DNA from: an uncultured Planctomycetaceae bacterium
Lineage (GTDB): Bacteria > Planctomycetota > Planctomycetia > Planctomycetales > Planctomycetaceae
Assembly (NCBI GenBank): GCA_963815195.1
Contig: CAWFGE010000013.1
Location: 992,001 to 1,056,000 of the forward strand
Direction: 5' to 3'
Length of the DNA: 64,000 nt
Every line of letters begins with the position of its first letter. The stretch's first letter is position 1. Shown one piece after another: positions 53,552-63,038 of the stretch. The notes below the pieces were generated by a model that saw only the letters and a list, made by a program, of their open reading frames with translations, did no database searches and had not been told where the DNA came from. Position numbers and translations under genes: made by a program.

Positions 53552-54238
53552 TCAGCGGTGCAGAAACGAGGCCCACAGCGGGAACGTGGAGAAGCCCAGT
53601 CCAAAAACGACGGCGAAGAAATATCCAAATTTGCGAATACACCCGTTGTACTTCGGGTGGCTGATGCCCAGCGAGCGAAACGCGCTCGAAAACCCGTGCA
53701 GCAAATGGGCACACAGGGCCAACGTGCCGATCAGGTAGACAATCAAGGTCGAGCTGTGGGTCAGAATGGAGATGGCTTTGTCATAAGGTTCCATCACCTG
53801 GCCCTCGGCGTTTTTGTAATATTCCTCGGGGCCGAGCTCCAAGGCGAAGTCCCTTAGATGCCAGAGCAAGAAACCCAGCACAACGATCCCGGACCAGATC
53901 ATCCACGAATCCACGCGGGCGGGGGCGACCTCGGCTCCTTCTTTCGTGTGCTTGACCGCGTAGCCCACACCGCGGGCGCTCGTGTTGTTTTTGGTCAAAT
54001 CGAACGCTAGAACGATGTGCAGCACGAACAGAATCAGCAGGCACACCTCGGCGATTCTCACGAACCATTCTTGGCTGTGCAGCGTGTGGGCATAGTGATT
54101 GTAGGCGTCGGGACCAACGTACATCAACAGGTTGCCGGCAAGGTGCGTCACGAGAAATCCGCACAATAGCAGCCCCGTGATTCCCATGATGTACTTCTTC
54201 CCCAACGAGGAAGAAACGAGGAGGCGGAACCAACTCAA
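53552..54238 (-). CDS. sdhC: Succinate dehydrogenase cytochrome b subunit (b558 type)
   Basis: SSLGKKYIMGITG, HLAGNL, LHI, WHL, HLLHG..SAF.SLG; TTG start with AAGGAG RBS. Confidence 0.9.
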   Translation of the reverse strand: MSWFRLLVSSSLGKKYIMGITGLLLCGFLVTHLAGNLLMYVGPDAYNHYAHTLHSQEWFVRIAEVCLLILFVLHIVLAFDLTKNNTSARGVGYAVKHTKEGAEVAPARVDSWMIWSGIVVLGFLLWHLRDFALELGPEEYYKNAEGQVMEPYDKAISILTHSSTLIVYLIGTLALCAHLLHGFSSAFRSLGISHPKYNGCIRKFGYFFAVVFGLGFSTFPLWASFLHR

Positions 54239-54387
54239 GGGAAACTCCTTCAATGGCAAATCGGACCGGCCTGGGTGAAAAACCACGATGCCGGTTGATT
54301 ATAGGAGAAGCCCCTACAACTTCAATCGTCGGGGGAAGCGCCGCGGAAAAAAGCGGCGATCGGAGGCGAAGGACGCGGCTCCGATTC

Positions 54388-54780
54388 AATGCAAAGTGCA
54401 AAATGCAAAATGCAAAGTGCAAAGTCAGTCGTTCCAAATTTCGGTAGAAAGGGCCGAAGGTCCGGAAAGACGCAATCGGTCGATGTGTGTGAGAGTTGCC
54501 AAAATAGCGCCGCCCCGATGGGGCTTTCGATTCATTCATTCTCCGCGTAACCCAGGACGGCGCTGCGCTTGTCCTGGGCTGACATAGAGCCGGGCCATTG
54601 GCCCTAAATGCATTTGCTGCTAATGCAGCTGAGACGGTTGCACCACGATCACACGAAATTTGGAACGATTGAAATTGCAGATGAAAATGCAAAATGAAAA
54701 GTGCAAAATGAAGACTGGTCAGTTTGCATTTTTCACTTTGCATTTTTCACTTTGCATTTTTCACTTTGCATTTTTCGCTT
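54388..54780. repeat. Inverted TG(C/A)AAAR heptamer arrays enclosing a nested palindromic element
   Basis: 5x TGCAAAR at 54390-54424; forward array ~54676-54712; reverse array (TTTGCATTTTTCAC)x~4 at 54723-54778; inner 15-bp IR TCGTTCCAAATTTCG (~54429-54443) / CGAAATTTGGAACGA (~54654-54668). Confidence 0.85.
54506..54605. repeat. REP-like element with CCCAGGAC/GTCCTGGG hairpin (intact copy of the IS110 flank)
   Basis: GCCCCGATGGGGC hairpin, ACCCAGGACGGCGCTGCGCTTGTCCTGGGCT hairpin, GGGCCATTGGCCC hairpin. Confidence 0.7.
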
Positions 54781-56430
54781 TCAATAACGGAAAAACCGCG
54801 AGCGGGGCACGTTGAGATGCCAGACGCGGTTGTTGTTCGGATCGAACTCGTGGAGGCCGTTTTCGTCGGCGATGAGCGTGTTGCCGTTGGAGAGCCGTTG
54901 AGCCTGGGCGGGATTTTTGAGATCGGCTTTGGACCAGACGATGCTGCCTTGGGGGTCGTATTCATCCACGCGGTTCAATCGCATTTCCGTCACGAGAATG
55001 TTCCCGTTGTCGAGCATCTGGGACGTGTGCGGCATGTCCAGCCCGCCGATCAGTTTTCGGATATTGCCCTCATTGTCCACTTCGACCACCTGTCCCGCGC
55101 TTTCCTGAGTGACCCGTTGCAGATTGATGACCGTGTGGCCGTTGGGCAGACGCTGTGCGGTCGTGGGCCGGCCTTCGATCGTCAGGTCCCACACCACCCG
55201 CCCGTCGCGGGCGACTTCCACGACGTGATTGCTGTCGGAGCAGGCGACGAGGACGTTCCCATTCTCCAATCCCTGGACGCCGGTGGGCCGGCCGGGCAGA
55301 TCGCTGTGCCGCCAGGTTTCCTTTCCCGTTTCATCATATTCGAATACGACTTTCTCGTCCGAATCCACCGCCAGCCGCCGGCCGTCCGGCGTCGCGTGGC
55401 AGCCCCAGACATATTGGAAGCCCGAGATCCGAAAGACCTCGTCTTTGTCCGCCGTGACCTCCAACAAGGTTTTGTCGTTGGTGCTCCAGGCGCAAATCAG
55501 CGTCCGGCCCAGTTCCATTTGCTGCCGGGGGAAAGGAAACTTGAGTTCGGCGGCGGCTCCGTGCTGCTTGAGCCATCTTTTCCAGGACAAGACCGCCAGC
55601 GTACGGGGCTTGGCGTCGCCGCCCGGCGGAAAGCCGAACTGCTTCCCCGTCACAGCCCGCAGAATGGTTGCGCTTCGCTGCCGCTCTTCAAATCGCGGCG
55701 ATTCCAAGAACTCCACCAGCACCGGCAAGCACTCCCGCCGGCCCAAGTCGGCCAAAGCTTCCGCCGCCGCCAATCGCATCGAGGACTCGGCGTGCTGCAG
55801 ACTCGGCAACAGCACCGGCAACGCCCGCGTCTGTAGCGCGGCCCCGAGCGCCAACAGAGCCGCCTCCTTTCGCGGGGAAGGCTCGCGGGCGATCGCCTCC
55901 CGCAACAAGCCGGCGTCAGCCGGCCCGGCCGTGGCGTAAAGAGCTCGCTGCGCGTGGCGAAAAACATACGCCTCCTCAAGCTGCGGAAGCAATCGCAGCA
56001 ACAACTTCGCCAGACCCTTGACCCGGTGGTGCTCGATGAATTGAAGCACCGCCACCAGTTTCGCCTCATAGGCTTGCTGCTGCGCTCTCGCCAGCAATCG
56101 CCTGGCCCGCGCGCGGACTTCCGCATCGCCGGAGCGAACCGCCTCTCCCAGTTGCGAAATTGGGGGCACGGGCAGCCGCATCAGTTCCCGCGTCGCCGCC
56201 TGCCGCTCGGCGAACCTCGGGCTGCCGAGTTTCGCAATCAGCGTTTTCACGCGCTCTTCCCCGTCTTCATCGGCCAGGACCAATGTCAAAAAGCGATTCA
56301 CTCCCGCAGGTGTCGGTTCGATTTTGAACCGCTTGAGCTTGGCATCGATAACATGCTCCGCCGAGGCGCGCATTGGTGCCAGAAGCAAAACGGCCGCCGA
56401 GCACACAAAATAGAAAAGGGAATGCGGCAT
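54781..56430 (-). CDS. Exported HEAT-repeat + PQQ-like beta-propeller protein
   Basis: Signal peptide; LIAKLGSPRFAERQAAT, DAEVRARA HEAT motifs; repeated RLxNGNxLI..VxExD..G.VVW blades. Confidence 0.8.
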   Translation of the reverse strand: MPHSLFYFVCSAAVLLLAPMRASAEHVIDAKLKRFKIEPTPAGVNRFLTLVLADEDGEERVKTLIAKLGSPRFAERQAATRELMRLPVPPISQLGEAVRSGDAEVRARARRLLARAQQQAYEAKLVAVLQFIEHHRVKGLAKLLLRLLPQLEEAYVFRHAQRALYATAGPADAGLLREAIAREPSPRKEAALLALGAALQTRALPVLLPSLQHAESSMRLAAAEALADLGRRECLPVLVEFLESPRFEERQRSATILRAVTGKQFGFPPGGDAKPRTLAVLSWKRWLKQHGAAAELKFPFPRQQMELGRTLICAWSTNDKTLLEVTADKDEVFRISGFQYVWGCHATPDGRRLAVDSDEKVVFEYDETGKETWRHSDLPGRPTGVQGLENGNVLVACSDSNHVVEVARDGRVVWDLTIEGRPTTAQRLPNGHTVINLQRVTQESAGQVVEVDNEGNIRKLIGGLDMPHTSQMLDNGNILVTEMRLNRVDEYDPQGSIVWSKADLKNPAQAQRLSNGNTLIADENGLHEFDPNNNRVWHLNVPRSRFFRY

Positions 56431-56433
56431 GGG

Positions 56434-56463
56434 AAACTCAATCAAACTCAATCAAACTCAATC
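56434..56463. repeat. Three perfect 10-bp tandem repeats (AAACTCAATC)
   Basis: Exact x3, ending 3 nt upstream of ATG 56430 on the minus strand. Confidence 0.9.
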
Positions 56464-56633
56464 GGGGCGGGGATTTCCGAGCAACGCGTTTTTTTCTGTT
56501 CTACCAAGAAAAAACCGGCTCCACCACTGGAATCCGTGATTCCGCGGGGTTTGATTTTGTTGCAGTCGTTGCGATTTGCCACGCCCTTCGCGGGCTCAGA
56601 GGCCACTTGTGCATTGCCATCCAACGCGGTCGA

Positions 56634-56661
56634 TTCACGATTGGCGATGCGCGGTTATAAT
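56634..56661 (+). promoter_or_regulatory. Candidate sigma70 promoter for yacG-sulfatase
   Basis: TTCACG-N16-TATAAT; perfect -10 in a GC-rich genome. Confidence 0.35.
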
Positions 56662-56729
56662 GATCGGCAGGAAAAAGAAGACTCTCTGTTTCAACGAGGC
56701 GCGGCCGTTGCCGCGTTTGAGGAATGCCG

Positions 56730-56963
56730 ATGATACGCCCTCAGACCTGTCCGATTTGCGAAAAAGAGTTGGCTCCCGATGCGGCGCTCGAGTCGGATTT
56801 CTTCCCCTTTTGCAGCCAGAGATGCCGGCAGATTGACTTGTATCGCTGGGCGGAAGGAAAATACGGGATTCCCGAACCGCTAACTCCCGACCACCTGGAA
56901 GCCGAGCGGCTGGAGCACGATGGGGAATCCATCGATCCCGACCGCTTCGGCGACGATTATTGA
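56730..56963 (+). CDS. yacG: DNA gyrase inhibitor YacG
   Basis: CPIC...FPFCSQRCRQIDLYRWAEGKYGIP, acidic tail. Confidence 0.9.
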   Translation: MIRPQTCPICEKELAPDAALESDFFPFCSQRCRQIDLYRWAEGKYGIPEPLTPDHLEAERLEHDGESIDPDRFGDDY

Positions 56964-56993
56964 TTCGCGCGGATTCTTCTCGAGGAACTCACC

Positions 56994-58439
56994 ATGCGCT
57001 GGGAAACATTTCAAAGCACGAAGCGTTTGCGGATTTTCGGATGCTTGGCCTGTCTGGGGCTTTTGCTTTTCACGAGCCTCCTGAGGGCCGAGCCCTCGAA
57101 GCCGAACATCGTGTTCATCTTCGCCGACGACCTGGGCTGGCAGGATGCGGGGTTCGCGGGGAGTGATTTTTGCGAGACGCCGAACCTCGATCGGCTGGCC
57201 CGCGAGGGCATGGTGTTTCGGCAGGCGTATTCGTCGGCTGGCAATTGCGCCCCGAGCCGGGCCTGTTTGGTATCGGGCCAATACACGCCCCGCCATAGCG
57301 TGTACGCGGTGGGCCACACCAGCCGCGGCCCGAAAGAGCTCATGCGGATGCTGCCCGTGCCCAACAAGCTCACGCTGCCGGCTAAGACCGTCACGCTCGG
57401 CGACGCGATGAAATCCGCGGGCTACGCGACCGGGATGTTCGGCAAATGCCATCTCAATAGTGCGAATGGAACCAAATCCGAGCACGCGGGGTTCGACGTC
57501 GTCAAAGTCTCGCAGCATGGCCTCAACAGCAAGGATCCCAACGACCCCAAAGGGATCTTTTCCATCACGACCGCTGCGTGCGAGTTTATCGAGAACAACA
57601 AAGACCGGCCGTTCTTCGCCTACATCCCGCATTATGCGGTGCACACCAGGCTCCAGGCGCGAAAAGCCGCGCTCCAGCATTTTCGGAACAAGAAACCCGG
57701 AAAACTCCACGACAAACCCCTGTTCGCCGCGTGCGTGGCGGAGTTGGACACCGGCGTCGGGCTGGTGCTCGACAAGCTGGACGAATTGAAGCTTACGGAA
57801 AACACGTTGCTGGTGTTCACGAGCGACAACGGAGGAACCTCCTGGTCGCAGGAGCCGCTGCGGGGCAAAAAGGGATGTTACTACGAAGGCGGAATCCGCG
57901 AGCCGATGATCGTCCGCTGGCCCGGTGTCGTGCCGGCGGGAACCACTTGCGACGAGCCGGTGATCAACATCGATCTCTATCCCACATTCCTGGCGGCGGC
58001 GAACACGGCCCGGCCGGCCGAGCACATCCTCGACGGGGCCAACCTCTTGCCGTTGTTTCGGGGGAAGAAGGAATTTGAGCGCGAGGCGATTTTCTGGCAC
58101 TTTCCGGGCTACCTCGACGGTCCCGTCCCGCGCGGCCGGGATCCCGTATTCCGCACCCGGCCCGTCAGCGTGATCCATAAAGGCGATTGGAAGCTGCACC
58201 TCTATCACGAAGAATGGCAGCTCGACGGCGGCGGGGCGAACATCGGCACGAACCGGGCGGTCGAACTTTACAACCTGGCCGACGATCCCGGCGAGCGAAA
58301 AGATTTGGCCCAAGCCAATCCGGAGAAACGCGACGAACTGCTGGCGGATCTCTTTACCTGGATCTCCAAAGTTCCGGCTCCGCTCCCCACAAAAGCCAAT
58401 CCCGATTACCGCCCCGCGGCCAAGACACCGTCAAAGTAA
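56994..58439 (+). CDS. Exported Cys-type (FGly) sulfatase, S1 family
   Basis: PNIVFIFADDLG, CAPSRA, GYATGMFGKCHL, FTSDNGG, EGGIREP, ELYNLADDPGE. Confidence 0.95.
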   Translation: MRWETFQSTKRLRIFGCLACLGLLLFTSLLRAEPSKPNIVFIFADDLGWQDAGFAGSDFCETPNLDRLAREGMVFRQAYSSAGNCAPSRACLVSGQYTPRHSVYAVGHTSRGPKELMRMLPVPNKLTLPAKTVTLGDAMKSAGYATGMFGKCHLNSANGTKSEHAGFDVVKVSQHGLNSKDPNDPKGIFSITTAACEFIENNKDRPFFAYIPHYAVHTRLQARKAALQHFRNKKPGKLHDKPLFAACVAELDTGVGLVLDKLDELKLTENTLLVFTSDNGGTSWSQEPLRGKKGCYYEGGIREPMIVRWPGVVPAGTTCDEPVINIDLYPTFLAAANTARPAEHILDGANLLPLFRGKKEFEREAIFWHFPGYLDGPVPRGRDPVFRTRPVSVIHKGDWKLHLYHEEWQLDGGGANIGTNRAVELYNLADDPGERKDLAQANPEKRDELLADLFTWISKVPAPLPTKANPDYRPAAKTPSK

Positions 58440-58518
58440 GCCCGGCCGTCGGGAAAATCCCTCGCCGGCGCTTCGGGCTCTGGAGAATCCTGGCAAAATC
58501 CGATTCACCGCATACGCC

Positions 58519-59853
58519 CTATTCTTGCGAGCGCAATTCCTCGGTCACCCGCGGCGGGTTTTGCGGTTCGTGGTTCATCAGCCGCCGCTGCACCAATTCC
58601 TGAATCACCAAGACGGGGCGGGCTTGCTCGATTTCCTCCGCCGGGAATTCGTTCGTCCATTTGTACGTCACGTCCCGAAAGTTGGGGGTGAGATACACCG
58701 AGAGCGCCATCATAAAGGAGTCGTGCAGCACAAACGCCCGCGGGATTTGCCCGTGTGCAAACGTCTGCCGGCGGACGCGTTCGTCGTCACTGCGCAGCGT
58801 GCCGTGGAATTGGATCGGGGCTCTTAACTCCTCGCGGCGCGGGACGAGGTCGATGACCTCTTCGCGGTACGGGATCGGCGAAGCGAGCATCACCGCCAAA
58901 TCCATCTTCACCCAAGGCGACACGTTCCGCACGTTGGAGATGTCGCAATCACACGTCACCAGTTCGTAATCGTCGAGCGCCGGGACCTTCACCTCGGCGA
59001 ACCAGGCTTGGATGGGCTTCATCAATTCTCGATAGCCGGCGAACGCGCCGTAAGCGTTCCAGTGCGTATCGGTCTTGTGGAACACCCGCCGCTCGGTTTT
59101 GGCCTGGAGGATGGCGTCTGTCAGGTTGATAAAGGTCAAATCGCTTTCGCGGGCCAGGTAATCCGCGAGTTGTCCTAACCGGGTTTGCTCGGTGACGCGG
59201 TTGATCGAGCGGGGCAGGTATTCGGAATAGATCGCCGGCTTGTTGGGAGCCACGACAAACACATAGCGGATGCCGCGCTTCGCCAGCCAGTCCCGGCGTT
59301 CGGTGAGGACCTGTTTCCACCGCGCAAGCTCGGCTTCGGAGAACAAATTGGTGCCGCGGTAATCTTCGATGGCATCGTCGCCGTCGTAAAACAGCCAACC
59401 GTCGCGGCCGACGAGGACGCGGGACGGGCCGGTCCCGCTGCCGGCTTCCGAGCCGAGGTGCCGAATCAATCCCTCGGCCGCCGCTCCGGAGTGGACCGCC
59501 ATTTTGGAAAGTTGGTTGGGCGTCCAACCGTAATACCGGGCGACTTGAAACACCTGAATCAGCCGCCGACGAAAGCCGATGCGGTCATTGAACCATTTCT
59601 CGAACTCGTGCGGGAACTTTTTCAGGCTCCGCGAGTCGGGGCGAGAGATGAATCCGCTTTGTTTGAGCTTGATCTCGGGAAACGCCGCGGCCTTGCGTCC
59701 TTCGGCCTTTTCGATTTCGTCCGAGACATCCGCGCGAAACACCCCCAAAAACGGCAACCCGATCGTGACCAGAAAGCCGACGATCAATAGCGCATTCGCG
59801 ACATTCTGAATGCGTTTGGAGAAGTCGTTATTCGAGGAACCAAACAGGGTCAT
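58519..59853 (-). CDS. AlgJ/AlgX-like SGNH O-acetyltransferase
   Basis: F..WFNDRIGFR, VGRDGWLFY, APNKPAIY.EYLP, KTDTHWN..GA, HDSF. Confidence 0.85.
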   Translation of the reverse strand: MTLFGSSNNDFSKRIQNVANALLIVGFLVTIGLPFLGVFRADVSDEIEKAEGRKAAAFPEIKLKQSGFISRPDSRSLKKFPHEFEKWFNDRIGFRRRLIQVFQVARYYGWTPNQLSKMAVHSGAAAEGLIRHLGSEAGSGTGPSRVLVGRDGWLFYDGDDAIEDYRGTNLFSEAELARWKQVLTERRDWLAKRGIRYVFVVAPNKPAIYSEYLPRSINRVTEQTRLGQLADYLARESDLTFINLTDAILQAKTERRVFHKTDTHWNAYGAFAGYRELMKPIQAWFAEVKVPALDDYELVTCDCDISNVRNVSPWVKMDLAVMLASPIPYREEVIDLVPRREELRAPIQFHGTLRSDDERVRRQTFAHGQIPRAFVLHDSFMMALSVYLTPNFRDVTYKWTNEFPAEEIEQARPVLVIQELVQRRLMNHEPQNPPRVTEELRSQE

Positions 59854-59897
59854 CGCAGGTTCTCTTCACTTTGCGCCTTAGCGACTTGGCGTGAGAT

Positions 59898-61355
59898 TCA
59901 AAACCGAAAATAAATAAACGGATTGTGCGTCCCGGCGGACATGACGGCGGCGGAGGCGACGAGCAATAACAACAACGATCCCAACCGCAGCGAGGCCCCG
60001 AAGATGCTCATGGCTCCTTGAGGCACCGCCTTCGTGCCGGGGTTTTCGAGCAGCGATTGATAACGCTCGCCCAGCCAGGGAACCCAAGGCGTGCTGCCGA
60101 TCGCGGCGGCGAACAACACCAGCCAGAGTCCTTTATCCAAATAAAGCCCGATGGGATATTTCGCATTCGCGGCGGCCCCGAATCCCGCGAGGGCCTGAAA
60201 ATACGCCAGCCCATGCGACAGCGTGACCGTGCGGAACAACACCCAACCGCCCATCACCGCGAGCAGAGTATAAACATGCCGCAGCGGCCGCCAGCGGGTT
60301 TCGATCCAGCCCCCGACACCCCGGCGTTCGAGCATCAGGAAGGCTCCGTGATAGATGCCCCACACGGCGAAGTTCCAACTTGCCCCGTGCCAAAGTCCGC
60401 AGAGCACGAACACGATCATCAAGTTGAGCGAGGCCCGCCAAGGCGAGCAGCGATTGCCGCCGAGCGGGATATACAGGTAATCGCGATACCAGGACGACAG
60501 CGAGATATGCCACCGCCGCCAGAACTCCGTCACGGATTGGGCGATGTAGGGATAATTGAAATTCTCAAGGAAGCGGAAGCCGAACATCCGCCCGAGGCCG
60601 ATCGCCATGTCCGAATAGCCGGAAAAGTCGAAGTAGATCTGAATCGTATAACACAGGATACCCAGCCAGGCGACGCCGAAGGACAGCTGGCTGTCGGGAA
60701 TGTCGAAGACGGCGTCCGCGACCGACGCCGCGGAGTTGGCGAGGAGCATCTTTTTGCCCAGCCCCACGATGAACCGCTGGATGCCATAGCCGAAGCCGTC
60801 GGCAGCGATCGTGCGGTCTTTGATCTGGGCGGCCACATCGACATAGCGGACAATCGGCCCGGCGATCAGTTGCGGGAACAAGGCGATATAAAGCGCCACG
60901 TTGATCGGGTTCCGTTCCGCCTCAGCCTGGCCGCGGTACACGTCGATCACATAAGACATCGCCTGGAAGGTATAAAACGAAATCCCGATGGGCAGCGTCA
61001 CATCAGGCCGGTCCAACGTCGGCGCGGCGAGAAAGGCGAGCAGCGTGTTGAGGCTCTCGATCAGAAACCCGGCGTATTTGAAGTACACCAGAAAGCTCAG
61101 ATTGAGCGCGACGGCGACGGCCACCAGGCCCTTCGCCGTTTTCTGATCGCGGGCATTTCCCACCCAGTAGCCGAAGGCATAGTTCATCCCGGTGGAGATC
61201 AGCATCAACACGACCAAGGCCGGCTCGCCCCAGGCGTAGAACCAGAGGCTCGCCAACAGGAGGAGCACGTTGCGGGCCGGCTTCGGGCAGAGAAAATACA
61301 GCGCCAGCAAAACCGGCAAAAACCCGAACAGAAACACGGGTGAACTAAACAGCAT
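59898..61355 (-). CDS. MBOAT O-acyltransferase, AlgI/PatA type
   Basis: MLFSSPVFLF, LPIGISFYTFQ, FPQLIAGPIVR, DFSGYSDMAIG, FWRRWHISLS, GLWHGA, FIYFRF. Confidence 0.93.
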   Translation of the reverse strand: MLFSSPVFLFGFLPVLLALYFLCPKPARNVLLLLASLWFYAWGEPALVVLMLISTGMNYAFGYWVGNARDQKTAKGLVAVAVALNLSFLVYFKYAGFLIESLNTLLAFLAAPTLDRPDVTLPIGISFYTFQAMSYVIDVYRGQAEAERNPINVALYIALFPQLIAGPIVRYVDVAAQIKDRTIAADGFGYGIQRFIVGLGKKMLLANSAASVADAVFDIPDSQLSFGVAWLGILCYTIQIYFDFSGYSDMAIGLGRMFGFRFLENFNYPYIAQSVTEFWRRWHISLSSWYRDYLYIPLGGNRCSPWRASLNLMIVFVLCGLWHGASWNFAVWGIYHGAFLMLERRGVGGWIETRWRPLRHVYTLLAVMGGWVLFRTVTLSHGLAYFQALAGFGAAANAKYPIGLYLDKGLWLVLFAAAIGSTPWVPWLGERYQSLLENPGTKAVPQGAMSIFGASLRLGSLLLLLVASAAVMSAGTHNPFIYFRF

Positions 61356-61400
61356 CGCGTTCTTCCATCCCGTTACAAAACTTTTGAAGTTGCGCGTTCT

Positions 61401-61483
61401 GTGAGCGGCACGGCGCTAGCCGCCGGTCCTTGAATATCGAAGTTTCCATTGAAAAGACCGGGGGCTAGCGCCCTTCCGCTCAC
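61401..61483. repeat. REP-like inverted pair (GGCGCTAGCC family)
   Basis: GTGAGCGGCACGGCGCTAGCCGCCGGTC...GACCGGGGGCTAGCGCCCTTCCGCTCAC. Confidence 0.8.
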
Positions 61484-61729
61484 GTTTTGCGACGTCGCGC
61501 AACTTCCAAACATAAAATCCAGAGGTCCTCGCGCGGAGCATATACGCAAGAACTTTGTCTGGTGTCAACGGCAGAATTCTGTTCCAATGTCCCGCGGGGA
61601 ACCGGCCTATGGAGTGGGCAGCGCCCGCCGCATTCCCTAAAATGCCGTCATCAGAAAGCATACTTCCCGATCGCCGTTCCCGATGGAAATCCCCGGCGGT
61701 CCTCCCTTTTGATTTTAAGGTTCAGGACG

Positions 61730-62905
<1,176 letters not shown>

Positions 62906-63038
62906 ACACCAAAGCCCAGATTCGCGAAGCGTACTCTGGGTCCCCGACGTGCCAAGAATCCATACGCCGAAGGCGTTATACAATTCGGTAGTTCCCAATT
63001 ATGGAAAAAGGACCAAAGGTCCGGCCCGATGTCAGCCC

